This document shows positions 8,672 through 17,521 of a stretch of DNA of 64,000 nucleotides, in pieces. Position 1 is the stretch's first letter. Each line of letters starts with the position of its first letter. The notes beneath the pieces were generated by a model that worked only from the letters and a program-made list of their open reading frames with translations, was not told where the DNA came from and searched no databases. Where the stretch lies: IMG/VR virus record IMGVR_UViG_3300032319_000846, positions 32,001 through 96,000 of that record. The stretch is one strand, 5' to 3'. The DNA comes from a virus. Its lineage: Duplodnaviria > Caudoviricetes. The translations under genes were made by a program, and so were the position numbers.

Positions 8672-9515
8672 CCCCACTTTATTTTACATTGTAAAAGCTG
8701 AATTACAGCAAACATTATGGAGAATTTCTTTAGATGAGATTAAACTTGCTGCTAAATTAGGTAAATCTATTTATGTTGTAGATATATATCAAAATTTTGT
8801 ATCTTCCACCTATCCTTTATTTGAAATTGAAAAATATTTAACTATAGAGGATGTAGATGTGGTTTATTTAAGATATGAGCAAGAAGATGTAGTTGTGCTT
8901 CCAACAATTATATGTAATTTGTTATTTAAATTTCATAGTGGGTGGGTAAATTTAATGTATAATTATTTTTTATCTGAAGATTTTATTATACTTATACAAA
9001 CAATAAAAGATATTAGGAATAATTCAAATGAATGTTTTCCTATTATTACAGATATGTTTAATTGTTTTGTGGTAAATCCTACTAAATTAAAAGGAGCTAT
9101 TATAAGTGAGTACAGCTATAGAAATAAATTTAATTCTGGGTATGCTTTAGCTACATTTGAAAAGGAAAAACCTCCAACATTAAAAGCTATTGAAAATTCT
9201 ATAAAACCTAAGAAAAGCTTTAATTGGTATCTACAAAATGATATGCTTGATTCAGTAAGTCAGGGTTGCTTTTTGTTTAATGTGGAATTAATAAGTGAAT
9301 ATTCTAATAATAAATTTACTGAAGAAGTTTGTAAAATATTAAAACATTTAAATATTTGTACATTATTATTAGGAACAGGATTGTTTAAACTATCTAATTT
9401 ATTAGGAGAAAAAGTATTGATGTCTCCACATCCATTAGAAATTTTAAAAGATAAAAAAGAGTATAATACAGATATTTTTATTAAATTTGAAGAAATGTCA
9501 AAAATTAATTTCTAA
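8658..9515 (+). CDS. Family-1 uracil-DNA glycosylase homologue, probably catalytically degenerate, with an N-terminal extension
   Basis: CFP-x-DMFNCF, KGAIISEYSY (vs KVVILGQDPY), GYALA, PPTLKAI, QGCFLFN, VLMSPHPL, terminal INF. Confidence 0.65.
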   Translation: MKLIDPTLFYIVKAELQQTLWRISLDEIKLAAKLGKSIYVVDIYQNFVSSTYPLFEIEKYLTIEDVDVVYLRYEQEDVVVLPTIICNLLFKFHSGWVNLMYNYFLSEDFIILIQTIKDIRNNSNECFPIITDMFNCFVVNPTKLKGAIISEYSYRNKFNSGYALATFEKEKPPTLKAIENSIKPKKSFNWYLQNDMLDSVSQGCFLFNVELISEYSNNKFTEEVCKILKHLNICTLLLGTGLFKLSNLLGEKVLMSPHPLEILKDKKEYNTDIFIKFEEMSKINF

Positions 9516-9538
9516 TCAAATAAATTAGTTAATAATAC

Positions 9539-9569
9539 TTGTAAATAGTTAAAATAAGTTGTATATTTG
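9539..9569 (+). promoter_or_regulatory. Bacteroidota sigma-A-type promoter
   Basis: TTG (9539-41), N20, TATATTTG (9562-69). Confidence 0.65.
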
Positions 9570-9572
9570 TTT

Positions 9573-9716
9573 ATGAAAAATAAACAGATACAAAGTTATG
9601 TTTCAGAGGAACTTTATCTTCAATTGAAACAGGTTGCACAGAGTCAAGGACTTTTAGTAGCAACACTAATCAGACAACTTATTATTAATCATTTAAAAAG
9701 TATTAAAAATGATTGA
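9573..9716 (+). CDS. Ribbon-helix-helix (CopG/Arc-like) DNA-binding protein, 47 aa, not in ORF track
   Basis: MKNKQIQSYVSEELYLQLKQVAQSQGLLVATLIRQLIINHL: alternating beta strand, helix, G turn, helix. Confidence 0.7.
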   Translation: MKNKQIQSYVSEELYLQLKQVAQSQGLLVATLIRQLIINHLKSIKND

Positions 9717-10497
9717 AGATGAAGGAAAATTCTACTTATATAGACATATAAGATTAGATACTAATGAGGTATTTTATGTTGGTATTGGAAGTAAACCTTT
9801 AGATGCAAAATCACATGAGTATATTTATACCAGAGCTTATAATCAAACCCAAAGAAGTGAATTTTGGAAAAGAATTGTTGATAAAACAGAATATAGAGTG
9901 GAGATAATTCTTGAATCTGATGATAAAGAGTTTATTGGAAATAAAGAAAAAGAATTTATTAGATTGTATGGTAGAAGATGTAATAATGAGGGTACTTTAG
10001 CAAATATTTGTACAGGAGGTATAAAAGATTGGAAATATACACATTCGAGTATTGCAAAAATTAAAATGTCTGAAACAAGAAAAGGAAGAAAAAGACCAAT
10101 TGAAGTGTGTGAAAAAATTAGAAAAACTTTAACAGGTAAACCAAGAGAGGATTTATTAGTATATTATGATATATATGATTTAGAAGGAATTTTAGTTTAT
10201 AAAGAAAAAACAGTAAAAGAGTTGTCTACTCTTTTAGGAGTTTGTTATTCTACAATTAGATATGCCACAATAAAAAAATATAAACTATTAAAGAAATATT
10301 ATAGTGTTGTTTCTGGTTCTTCTTTTGAATTAACAAATCATATTACTAAATACAGAGAAACCCATCCAACAGTTTGTACATCTAAAGATTGTGATAAAAA
10401 AACTTACGCTTTAGGTTATTGTATTTATCATTACTATCACGAAGCAGAAGGAGTCAAAGAAAGAATTCAAACTAATGTTAAAAAAAGAAAGTCTTAA
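9709..10497 (+). CDS. Free-standing GIY-YIG-like homing endonuclease with NUMOD3 and HTH modules
   Basis: FYLYRH...FYVGIG, EKEFIxxYG, LAN; KMSETRKGRKRPIEVCEKIRKTLTGK. Confidence 0.75.
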   Translation: MIEDEGKFYLYRHIRLDTNEVFYVGIGSKPLDAKSHEYIYTRAYNQTQRSEFWKRIVDKTEYRVEIILESDDKEFIGNKEKEFIRLYGRRCNNEGTLANICTGGIKDWKYTHSSIAKIKMSETRKGRKRPIEVCEKIRKTLTGKPREDLLVYYDIYDLEGILVYKEKTVKELSTLLGVCYSTIRYATIKKYKLLKKYYSVVSGSSFELTNHITKYRETHPTVCTSKDCDKKTYALGYCIYHYYHEAEGVKERIQTNVKKRKS

Positions 10498-10524
10498 TAA
10501 ATCTTTTAATCAAACTCAAATATC

Positions 10525-10743
10525 ATGGTAATACAAATTTATGTGTGGAGTGTTTTTATATCTCTACTTATGCTACACCTCATCTTAAAAAAGGATAAAG
10601 GATTTTTGAAGACGGTAGAAGAAGAAAATAGATACACTCTTAAAGAAGCTATTATAGGACTTAATGTTATATCATTTTTTCCTATTGTAAATATTGTATT
10701 AATATTTGAAATTTTAAAAATAATGTATCATAGAAATGATTAG
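10525..10743 (+). CDS. Small two-TM membrane protein
   Basis: Two hydrophobic segments; FFPIVN. Confidence 0.7.
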   Translation: MVIQIYVWSVFISLLMLHLILKKDKGFLKTVEEENRYTLKEAIIGLNVISFFPIVNIVLIFEILKIMYHRND

Positions 10744-10987
10744 TTTTTTTATATATTTGTATTTAGGAACAATTGGATTATGGGGAATGTTATTTATAAT
10801 AAATATTATTCTTGATAGTTATTACTTTAAATTTATAAAAAAAACAATGCTTGATGTAGGAATAGTGTGGTATATATTATTACTAATTTTTCCTATAGCT
10901 AATTTGTTTCTTATATTTTTTGAATTACTTGAATTTATTGATAACATAAAATATCAACTATGGAAATTAAAAAATTTTAACAAATGA
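10736..10987 (+). CDS. Small two-TM membrane protein, paralogue-like to 10525
   Basis: Two hydrophobic segments; IFPIAN. Confidence 0.7.
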   Translation: MISFFIYLYLGTIGLWGMLFIINIILDSYYFKFIKKTMLDVGIVWYILLLIFPIANLFLIFFELLEFIDNIKYQLWKLKNFNK

Positions 10988-11062
10988 AAGAATGGTTTTT
11001 TAGTATTTTACAAAAAGCAGAAATTTACTATTCTTTTTTAAAAGAATTTTGGAAACAATATT

Positions 11063-11467
11063 ATGAGCTATCCAAAATTTAGAATTAAGATGTTTAAAGT
11101 GTTTGCTTTACAAATCCCAGATGAGATAAAGCAAAACCTGTTAGATATTCAAAGAGTAGCTATAAGTTTAGGGTGGAGATTTTTAAGACTTAATCCTCAG
11201 AATTATGAATTAAGGATGTATAAAGAAGATGTAGATTGCAGATTAATTGTTTTTCTATCTACTCTAACAGTAAACAGCAAGCTTTATCATCCTAAACACA
11301 AGAAATACACCACATTAATACGTAAAAATTGTACAATTGGTGATGTACAGAGTTTATTATTGAATCCACGTACTCATTTAAGTAAAAAGGAATTCGTAAC
11401 TAATTATTCATCTAAATATAGAAAGAAAAATGGAATTGTCTTTGTTCAAGAAGTCTTACCTGTCTAA
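11063..11467 (+). CDS. Hypothetical protein
   Basis: HPK...LxR...NPRTH pattern. Confidence 0.7.
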   Translation: MSYPKFRIKMFKVFALQIPDEIKQNLLDIQRVAISLGWRFLRLNPQNYELRMYKEDVDCRLIVFLSTLTVNSKLYHPKHKKYTTLIRKNCTIGDVQSLLLNPRTHLSKKEFVTNYSSKYRKKNGIVFVQEVLPV

Positions 11468-12044
11468 ATTAGGAACCAATAATGTTCCTTACAAAATCAT
11501 TAACTCTGCTGCTTTTAACAGTAAATTTGGAAATGTTCGTATTTACTCTGATGAGTATAAAGATGGATGGATACATTTAATTTATATTGATGAGAAAGTG
11601 TATGTTCTTCCAAGTGAATTATTTTTTCATGTTACAACAACTAAATTTCCTAAGAGTGCTGCTATTATTCCTTTTGCAACCCTCACTCCCTTCAATCCTT
11701 CATTTATAGGGAAGGTAGAAGCTTACAAAAAGAATGAATTTTCTACAGATAAAGTAACACAGGAAAATGTAAGTGGAGGAGAATTAATGGAAATTGCTAC
11801 AAATATTGGAGAGTTTTTAGAAGTAAAGAATAAATCCTATGGAGAATCTGCTTTAAAACCATTAAAAATATTTTCAAGAATTCATAGTTATGGAGCAAGA
11901 ATTGATGAGAAGATTGAGCGCATTAAAAATATTGATGTAGAAGATGAGAAAACAGTAAAAAACTGCGTTGTTGATATTATAGGAGGACTAATTCTCATTT
12001 GTAAAGATAAAGGGTGGAAGAATTTTAAAGACCAGTTAAATTAA
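11430..12044 (+). CDS. Protein with a C-terminal DUF1599/Nmad1-like (nucleotide-modification-associated) domain
   Basis: KNKSYGES...RIDEKIERIKN...DIIGGLIL. Confidence 0.65.
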   Translation: MELSLFKKSYLSKLGTNNVPYKIINSAAFNSKFGNVRIYSDEYKDGWIHLIYIDEKVYVLPSELFFHVTTTKFPKSAAIIPFATLTPFNPSFIGKVEAYKKNEFSTDKVTQENVSGGELMEIATNIGEFLEVKNKSYGESALKPLKIFSRIHSYGARIDEKIERIKNIDVEDEKTVKNCVVDIIGGLILICKDKGWKNFKDQLN

Positions 12045-12048
12045 AACT

Positions 12049-12070
12049 AAAGGGGAGAAATCCCCTTTTT
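12049..12070 (+). terminator. Rho-independent terminator
   Basis: aaagggga-GAAA-tcccctttt followed by T-rich tail. Confidence 0.8.
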
Positions 12071-12083
12071 ATTTATAAAAAAT

Positions 12084-12317
12084 ATGAAAGACTTAAAATT
12101 AAATGCTGCTGAATTAGTAGAAGAATATTTTAAAAATCTTCCAAGTGATTATTATACTTTGGAAGAAGCTTTAGCAGCAAAACTTGGGTACTTAGAAGGA
12201 TTTACAAAAGCATTATCACTTGTAGAAGAAGAAATAGAAATAACTAAGCAAAAGAATCAAAAAGAATACGAGTGGGAAAGATTTAATGACACTAGCTATT
12301 GTTTTAGAATTTATTAA
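12084..12317 (+). CDS. Hypothetical protein
   Basis: GYLEGFxKA motif. Confidence 0.65.
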   Translation: MKDLKLNAAELVEEYFKNLPSDYYTLEEALAAKLGYLEGFTKALSLVEEEIEITKQKNQKEYEWERFNDTSYCFRIY

Positions 12318-12447
12318 AACTCAAAATGAAACATTAGAATTAAAGAGAATTGAAAAAGAAGGTTATCCAATGTTTCAATTTTATGAAAGAAATGATAAGA
12401 AAAGATATATTGGATATTTCGGTATGGATTATTTAATAATTAATTAA
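12286..12447 (+). CDS. Small hypothetical protein (53 aa, not in ORF track)
   Basis: MTLAIVLEF...DYLIIN* fills the gap before thyX. Confidence 0.45.
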   Translation: MTLAIVLEFIKTQNETLELKRIEKEGYPMFQFYERNDKKRYIGYFGMDYLIIN

Positions 12448-12457
12448 AAATATATAA

Positions 12458-13150
12458 ATGAAAAATAAAGTTGAATTAACAAACTGGATGAATGGGGATA
12501 AAGGAATTGCAAGGGCAGCTTGGACTTCCACTCAAATAAATATAGAAAATAAAACAGAAGAACAAATAGAAGATTTAATAGTAAATAAATTATGGAATAA
12601 TAAAAGTGGTAAACCTCACAAAACTCCTTTTGAAAGGGGGATTGTTGAGTTTAATATTACTTGTGACCAAGCTTCCCATATTCACTTAATTAAACATCGT
12701 TTAGCTAACATTAATGGAGAATCTGCCAGATATAAAGAATTGAAAGAGGATAAGTTTTATCTTCCTGATGATTGGAAAGGGGTTGAAGCTAAATTAAATC
12801 ATTTGTTTTACAATGAAAATGAATTTGTACAAGGGTTTGAAACATGGTATCAAATATTAGAGGGTTACACTCAACTTGGTAATAAATTATACCACCAATC
12901 TTTAGAAGAATTAACTCCTATTTTAGGAAGAAAAAGAGCTAAAGAATCTGCTAGATATTTTAAAACAATGAATAGTCAAATAACATTATCTGTAATGATG
13001 AATATGAGTTGTTTTTATAATTTTTACACATTAAGAGCAGATGATGGAGCACAGGATGAAATCCATGAAATAGCAGAACAAATGTTACAATGTATTAAGG
13101 AAATTGAAGGAAATCCTTTCCAGTACACCTTAGAAGCTTTTGGATTATGA
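12458..13150 (+). CDS. thyX: FAD-dependent thymidylate synthase
   Basis: HKTPFE; KHRLANINGESARY (RHRx7SxRY signature variant); LRADDGAQDEI. Confidence 0.9.
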   Translation: MKNKVELTNWMNGDKGIARAAWTSTQINIENKTEEQIEDLIVNKLWNNKSGKPHKTPFERGIVEFNITCDQASHIHLIKHRLANINGESARYKELKEDKFYLPDDWKGVEAKLNHLFYNENEFVQGFETWYQILEGYTQLGNKLYHQSLEELTPILGRKRAKESARYFKTMNSQITLSVMMNMSCFYNFYTLRADDGAQDEIHEIAEQMLQCIKEIEGNPFQYTLEAFGL

Positions 13151-13371
13151 ACAAAATAGATGTATTTATAAATAGATTAAAAAAACTTGGTATTATTGTT
13201 GAAATTTTTGCAAACTACCCTTGGATTTATATTAATACAATTAATGGAAAAAGAGTGACAGAAAAGTTTCAAGGAAATCATGGGTTTACAGCATTTTTTC
13301 TACAAATAAAAGGAGGAGTGAAAGTTACAGATACAAGAGAGATTTTTAAATTAATTAGAAAATATTTATGA
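13147..13371 (+). CDS. Conserved hypothetical phage protein
   Basis: NYPWIY...NHGFT. Confidence 0.7.
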   Translation: MNKIDVFINRLKKLGIIVEIFANYPWIYINTINGKRVTEKFQGNHGFTAFFLQIKGGVKVTDTREIFKLIRKYL

Positions 13372-13547
13372 AAATTATAAAAAGTAAATTTCCTAAAAAG
13401 TATATGATTGGTTTAGGAATTATCCATGTTTTAGAAGGATTGTTTATGATACTGACATTAGGAACTTATTCTACAAACTATAGTTTAGAATATGTATTAA
13501 CCCATCATAAAAAATTAAAACAAAACAATAAATTAGAAAATCATTAG
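13368..13547 (+). CDS. Small hydrophobic protein (59 aa, not in ORF track)
   Basis: ATGA coupling; IGLGIIHVLEGLFMILTLG. Confidence 0.55.
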   Translation: MKIIKSKFPKKYMIGLGIIHVLEGLFMILTLGTYSTNYSLEYVLTHHKKLKQNNKLENH

Positions 13548-13563
13548 AAAATTTAATAAAAAT

Positions 13564-14058
13564 ATGAATAAAAAACAATTTAGTGTTAGTGAAGAAAGAG
13601 CTTTAACAGCTTCTATAATTTCAGTGATTTTAATGCAACTTGCTGCTAAAGTATTAAAACAAGAAAATAAATTTTATCAACACAATGTAAGAAATTGGAT
13701 ATTTAAATGGGAACAAATTGTAGCTCCCACAATTTGGCAAATTGAAAAGTTAAAAAAACTGTTTATTCCTAAAAAAGAATTAGAATTAGTTAATCAAGAG
13801 TTAGGAACAGAATTAGAAGCTGAAGATTTAGAAAATGATTTAAATTGCGAAGTGGAATTATTTCAAAATTTTATTGCATTATATTTAAATAGTAACACTA
13901 CAGGAATTTATGAGTTAAATATGATAATAGAAAATCTTCTTGCTAAACAAAAAGTATATACAGAACAGGAAGTAGAAGATGTTGTTAATAGAACTCTCAA
14001 GACCATCACTCCTGCTGTAAAATATGATGTAAACACCTATAAACGTTTTATGATATGA
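13564..14058 (+). CDS. Hypothetical protein
   Basis: ORF with A-rich leader. Confidence 0.7.
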   Translation: MNKKQFSVSEERALTASIISVILMQLAAKVLKQENKFYQHNVRNWIFKWEQIVAPTIWQIEKLKKLFIPKKELELVNQELGTELEAEDLENDLNCEVELFQNFIALYLNSNTTGIYELNMIIENLLAKQKVYTEQEVEDVVNRTLKTITPAVKYDVNTYKRFMI

Positions 14059-14372
14059 GTAATTGGGTGAAATTCTATAAAAGAGAAAAAACAAATAGAC
14101 TCTTTTATTTATGTTCTTCAAACAAGTTCTTTAAAATAGGAGAAGAAATTATTACTAAAGTAACACAAGATTGTATTAGATTTACAAAACCATCTTTAAA
14201 CTATATAGGTAAAACTAATATAGTAACTATACAGCCTCTTTGGAAAGAAACACATAAACTTGGTTTTGTAAGTAATGTAGAGATTCCTCTTAATCAAAAA
14301 TTATATATTGATGAAGAAGAATCAAATGAAGATAGGGTTGTAGTGTATTTTAACAAAAATAACAATGGATAA
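14055..14372 (+). CDS. Hypothetical protein
   Basis: ATGA coupling. Confidence 0.65.
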   Translation: MSNWVKFYKREKTNRLFYLCSSNKFFKIGEEIITKVTQDCIRFTKPSLNYIGKTNIVTIQPLWKETHKLGFVSNVEIPLNQKLYIDEEESNEDRVVVYFNKNNNG

Positions 14373-14652
14373 TCACAAAGAAGTTAAAAAAATTATTTCT
14401 AAGTTAAGTTTTAAAGAACTAATCATTTTATTAAAACAATGTGATTATACAAGTAGAACACGAAATAAAGAATTAAATAAAATAACAATTAAAAAAAATT
14501 ATACGCTTCTTTTAAGGTTAATGGATTTTTGTCCTTATTATACACACAAAGAAGAGTGGCTTAGTTTTATTTATAATCTTATTAAATTTTTAATTATTGA
14601 TAAACTTATTTATATAAAAACCTCAAATTTAAATAAATTAATTAATGAATAG
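14365..14652 (+). CDS. Hypothetical protein
   Basis: Overlapping ORF. Confidence 0.6.
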   Translation: MDNHKEVKKIISKLSFKELIILLKQCDYTSRTRNKELNKITIKKNYTLLLRLMDFCPYYTHKEEWLSFIYNLIKFLIIDKLIYIKTSNLNKLINE

Positions 14653-15124
14653 TCAAGGAATTTACAATGTAGTGGAAGCGGTGTATTTATGGTTACACAC
14701 AGCAGGATTTCAATTTGGAGATAAAACTAAACTACCTCTTGCTTTATCTTTAGTAGATGAAGAGGTGCAGGAAATGAAAGATGCTGTGAATAATAAAGAT
14801 GTAGAAGAACTTTGCGATTCATTAGGGGATATTTTTTTTGTGTGTCTCAATACTATGTATTTCTATGGAGTAAAGATGGAAGATGTGGGAAAGAAGTTTG
14901 AACAAATTGTTCAGAGTAATTATTCTAAATTCTGTCAAACAAAAGAAGAAGCTGTTTTATCTGCTGAAGCTTATATTAAAGGACAACACCCCACAAAGCT
15001 CAATCAAGAAATTCCTGCTAAATATGAATCTACAGGAAATTCTCAATATCCTTTTGTAATTAAACATGCTGTTAGTGGGAAGTTACTTAAAGGACTAAGT
15101 TTTAAACACCCTAATGAATTTTAA
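14645..15124 (+). CDS. MazG-like / PRA-PH all-alpha NTP pyrophosphatase (possible dUTPase)
   Basis: EEVQE...EELCDSLGD, SNYSK, GKLLKG-x-FxxP. Confidence 0.8.
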   Translation: MNSQGIYNVVEAVYLWLHTAGFQFGDKTKLPLALSLVDEEVQEMKDAVNNKDVEELCDSLGDIFFVCLNTMYFYGVKMEDVGKKFEQIVQSNYSKFCQTKEEAVLSAEAYIKGQHPTKLNQEIPAKYESTGNSQYPFVIKHAVSGKLLKGLSFKHPNEF

Positions 15125-15126
15125 AT

Positions 15127-15357
15127 ATGTTAACTAAAGAACAAAAAAAGAAGAGAATTCAAAAGATTAAATTTGCTGCTGAGGAATTTTTGCAGGATGT
15201 AGGGAAATTTTCGGTGGAGTCGCTATATTTCTTCTTCTGGGGAATTGCAAAAAATAAGAAATATTCATATAAAGAAATTGAGAATATTATCAATTTTTTA
15301 ATAAAAACAAAAGGATTGAAAGTTAAACAAACAAATAACGAATATGCTTTATTTTAA
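15127..15357 (+). CDS. Hypothetical protein
   Basis: ORF in operon. Confidence 0.6.
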   Translation: MLTKEQKKKRIQKIKFAAEEFLQDVGKFSVESLYFFFWGIAKNKKYSYKEIENIINFLIKTKGLKVKQTNNEYALF

Positions 15358-15610
15358 AGTTTTTGTGTTTCTTGAATTATTAGCAATATTGTTTTATTTA
15401 ACAATATCTACTACAGAACTTATTAAAACTTACCAAAAACATAAGAAAAAAGGATGGAAAAAAGTTTGGGTATGGAGTGTGTATAATATTGATACAAATG
15501 CAATTGCTTTTTTAATTCTTCTTCCTTTAGTGGTTGCTATTCCTATTACAATAATTGGATATGCTTTTAATTTAGTAGATGTTATCATTAATTACTTAAA
15601 AACAAAATAA
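15344..15610 (+). CDS. Two-TM membrane protein
   Basis: Two hydrophobic segments around a basic loop. Confidence 0.65.
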   Translation: MLYFKVFVFLELLAILFYLTISTTELIKTYQKHKKKGWKKVWVWSVYNIDTNAIAFLILLPLVVAIPITIIGYAFNLVDVIINYLKTK

Positions 15611-15612
15611 AC

Positions 15613-15915
15613 ATGTACACGCACACACTTACTGTTGGAGATGTTATTATATCTATTATTGCAAACACACCTAAACAAATTATTGATACTGCTAGTACTC
15701 TTGATGTAAAGCTTCATTATTCTTATTCTAAAAAAGAATTTGAAATATTATCTGATGTACAATACAATCACCTTTGTAACATTATTACAAATGAATTAGA
15801 TGCTATTACTAATTGTGAGCAACTCTATGAGTTTGTAAACAAAAATCCATATTACATAGAATTTTCTTCTAGAAAAGATGTAGAAGCAGAGTATGAAGAA
15901 CTTTTTGAAATTTGA
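15613..15915 (+). CDS. Hypothetical protein
   Basis: ORF in operon. Confidence 0.65.
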   Translation: MYTHTLTVGDVIISIIANTPKQIIDTASTLDVKLHYSYSKKEFEILSDVQYNHLCNIITNELDAITNCEQLYEFVNKNPYYIEFSSRKDVEAEYEELFEI

Positions 15916-15916
15916 T

Positions 15917-16072
15917 ATGAACTGGATTAATATTTTAATTATAATAGGAGCAGTTTTGCTCCTATTTTTATTTGATATTCATATAGTGGTAGAAAAAAAA
16001 CAGGTGTTTCTTTTTTACACTAATTTTATTACAAAGAAAAGAAATTATAAATACTTATTTACATGTAAATGA
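15917..16072 (+). CDS. Single-TM micro-protein (51 aa, not in ORF track)
   Basis: MNWINILIIIGAVLLLFLFD... Confidence 0.55.
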   Translation: MNWINILIIIGAVLLLFLFDIHIVVEKKQVFLFYTNFITKKRNYKYLFTCK

Positions 16073-16158
16073 CTGAAACTAAGCTCATTGTACTTGTATT
16101 ATTAGCTATTACTCTTTTGATTTTTGAAATTTTGTATCGAAAAATAAGAAAAGAGTAG
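16069..16158 (+). CDS. Single-TM micro-protein (29 aa, not in ORF track)
   Basis: ATGA coupling; MTETKLIVLVLLAITLLIFEILYRKIRKE. Confidence 0.5.
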   Translation: MTETKLIVLVLLAITLLIFEILYRKIRKE

Positions 16159-16166
16159 TAACTTTG
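16159..16166 (+). promoter_or_regulatory. Bacteroidota -7 promoter element
   Basis: TAACTTTG 22 nt before the muramidase ATG; the nearest TTTG is slightly too far for a canonical -33. Confidence 0.45.
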
Positions 16167-16188
16167 TATTTCACTAAATCAAATTACT

Positions 16189-16584
16189 ATGAAAATATTT
16201 ATAACAATTACATTATTATTAGTAACTTTTAACATTTATGGAAACAACAATCTCTATTCAGGATTGCAATATGAGAGGGTAGGAAGAGCAATAAGTAGAC
16301 TTGAAACTGGAAACTACAAGTCTAAGTTATGTCGTAAATATAACAATTTATTTGGAATGAAAGTAGGGAGTAGAAAGTTTCATTACGGAAAAACTACAAG
16401 TAATTATGCTAAATATAAAAACAAGATGCTTTCTATAGCTGATTATGCTGCCTATGAGAAGAGATTGATTCGTAAATATCACATCACTACACAAAAGCAA
16501 TACATAGCTGTAATAAGTAGGAAATATGCTAAAAATCCTAATTATAAAAAATTATTACAAAAACAATTAAAAAACAGTTGTTAA
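16189..16584 (+). CDS. GH73/glucosaminidase-like peptidoglycan hydrolase with an N-terminal signal peptide
   Basis: LETG...NNLFGMK...YA-x-NPNY; N-terminus MKIFITITLLLVTF. Confidence 0.8.
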   Translation: MKIFITITLLLVTFNIYGNNNLYSGLQYERVGRAISRLETGNYKSKLCRKYNNLFGMKVGSRKFHYGKTTSNYAKYKNKMLSIADYAAYEKRLIRKYHITTQKQYIAVISRKYAKNPNYKKLLQKQLKNSC

Positions 16585-16596
16585 ATAAAAAATAAA

Positions 16597-16929
16597 ATGG
16601 AAACTGAGAAAATTAAAAAAATAACAGAAGAGGATTACGTAGAAGAATATGAAATAAAAGAAGAATCTATTGGTAAAGTAATAGAAGTGTTTGAAGATAA
16701 AGTGTTGATGATTGTTAAACATCAAAATAATGCAGTAGAACAAAAATTATATTCTAAGAAAATTCCTTTTATTGAATATTTAGAAATAGGACAATTTGTT
16801 GCTATCACCACTTATTATAATTACGATATATTTACAGAAATTTATGAAGAATTAGAAGGAAATTGGGATGAAGCGTTTGAACAAAAAGAAGTTTCATTGG
16901 TAGACGTTGTAAAAGCTTGTGATTATTAA
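16597..16929 (+). CDS. Hypothetical acidic protein
   Basis: ORF. Confidence 0.65.
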   Translation: METEKIKKITEEDYVEEYEIKEESIGKVIEVFEDKVLMIVKHQNNAVEQKLYSKKIPFIEYLEIGQFVAITTYYNYDIFTEIYEELEGNWDEAFEQKEVSLVDVVKACDY

Positions 16930-16930
16930 T

Positions 16931-17182
16931 ATGAAAATTTCTAAACAAGATAAAGAAAATATACAAAAAGTTATTGATGGAATTTTAATAGATTGTGTAT
17001 TACCAATGTACCCTCTTCGTGATTTAGAAGAATATTTTGAAAAATTAGGAATCGAATATATAGATGATAGTAGCTATAAACATTTATATACTATCAGATA
17101 TATTCAAAAAGATACAAAAGCTGTGTTTTATTTGAATGGAAAAGAGCAACAAAATATTCAAACATTTTATAAAGATGTATAA
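16931..17182 (+). CDS. Hypothetical protein
   Basis: ATG just after the previous stop. Confidence 0.6.
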   Translation: MKISKQDKENIQKVIDGILIDCVLPMYPLRDLEEYFEKLGIEYIDDSSYKHLYTIRYIQKDTKAVFYLNGKEQQNIQTFYKDV

Positions 17183-17489
17183 AATTACTTATCCAAATGG
17201 ATTTATACAATACAAACAGTTGATTGAACAAGAATATTATAATAAAGAATACATTCCTCTTAAAACTATTATTGGAATACATGAAGAACTTAAACCCAAC
17301 AAAAGTAAAGAAGATGAATTTAAAAAATGGAAAATGAAAATGAATCTTCTTAATAATAAAATGAAAGAATTATTTCCTCATGCATTCTTTACAACAAATT
17401 CACCTTTAGGTAAATCAATAAACACAGGAATTCTTACACTTCCTAAAACCCAAGGTGGATGTTTTATAGTGAAGGTAGAAAAACTATGA
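17175..17489 (+). CDS. Hypothetical protein
   Basis: Coupled ATG at 17175. Confidence 0.6.
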   Translation: MYKITYPNGFIQYKQLIEQEYYNKEYIPLKTIIGIHEELKPNKSKEDEFKKWKMKMNLLNNKMKELFPHAFFTTNSPLGKSINTGILTLPKTQGGCFIVKVEKL

Positions 17490-17521
17490 AAAATAAAAGT
17501 TTAACTTAAATATTTAAAACA

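Noticed and set aside
13915-17282. Minus-strand ORFs 13915-14121 and 17094-17282
   Set aside because: They lie fully antisense to a tightly coupled + strand operon.
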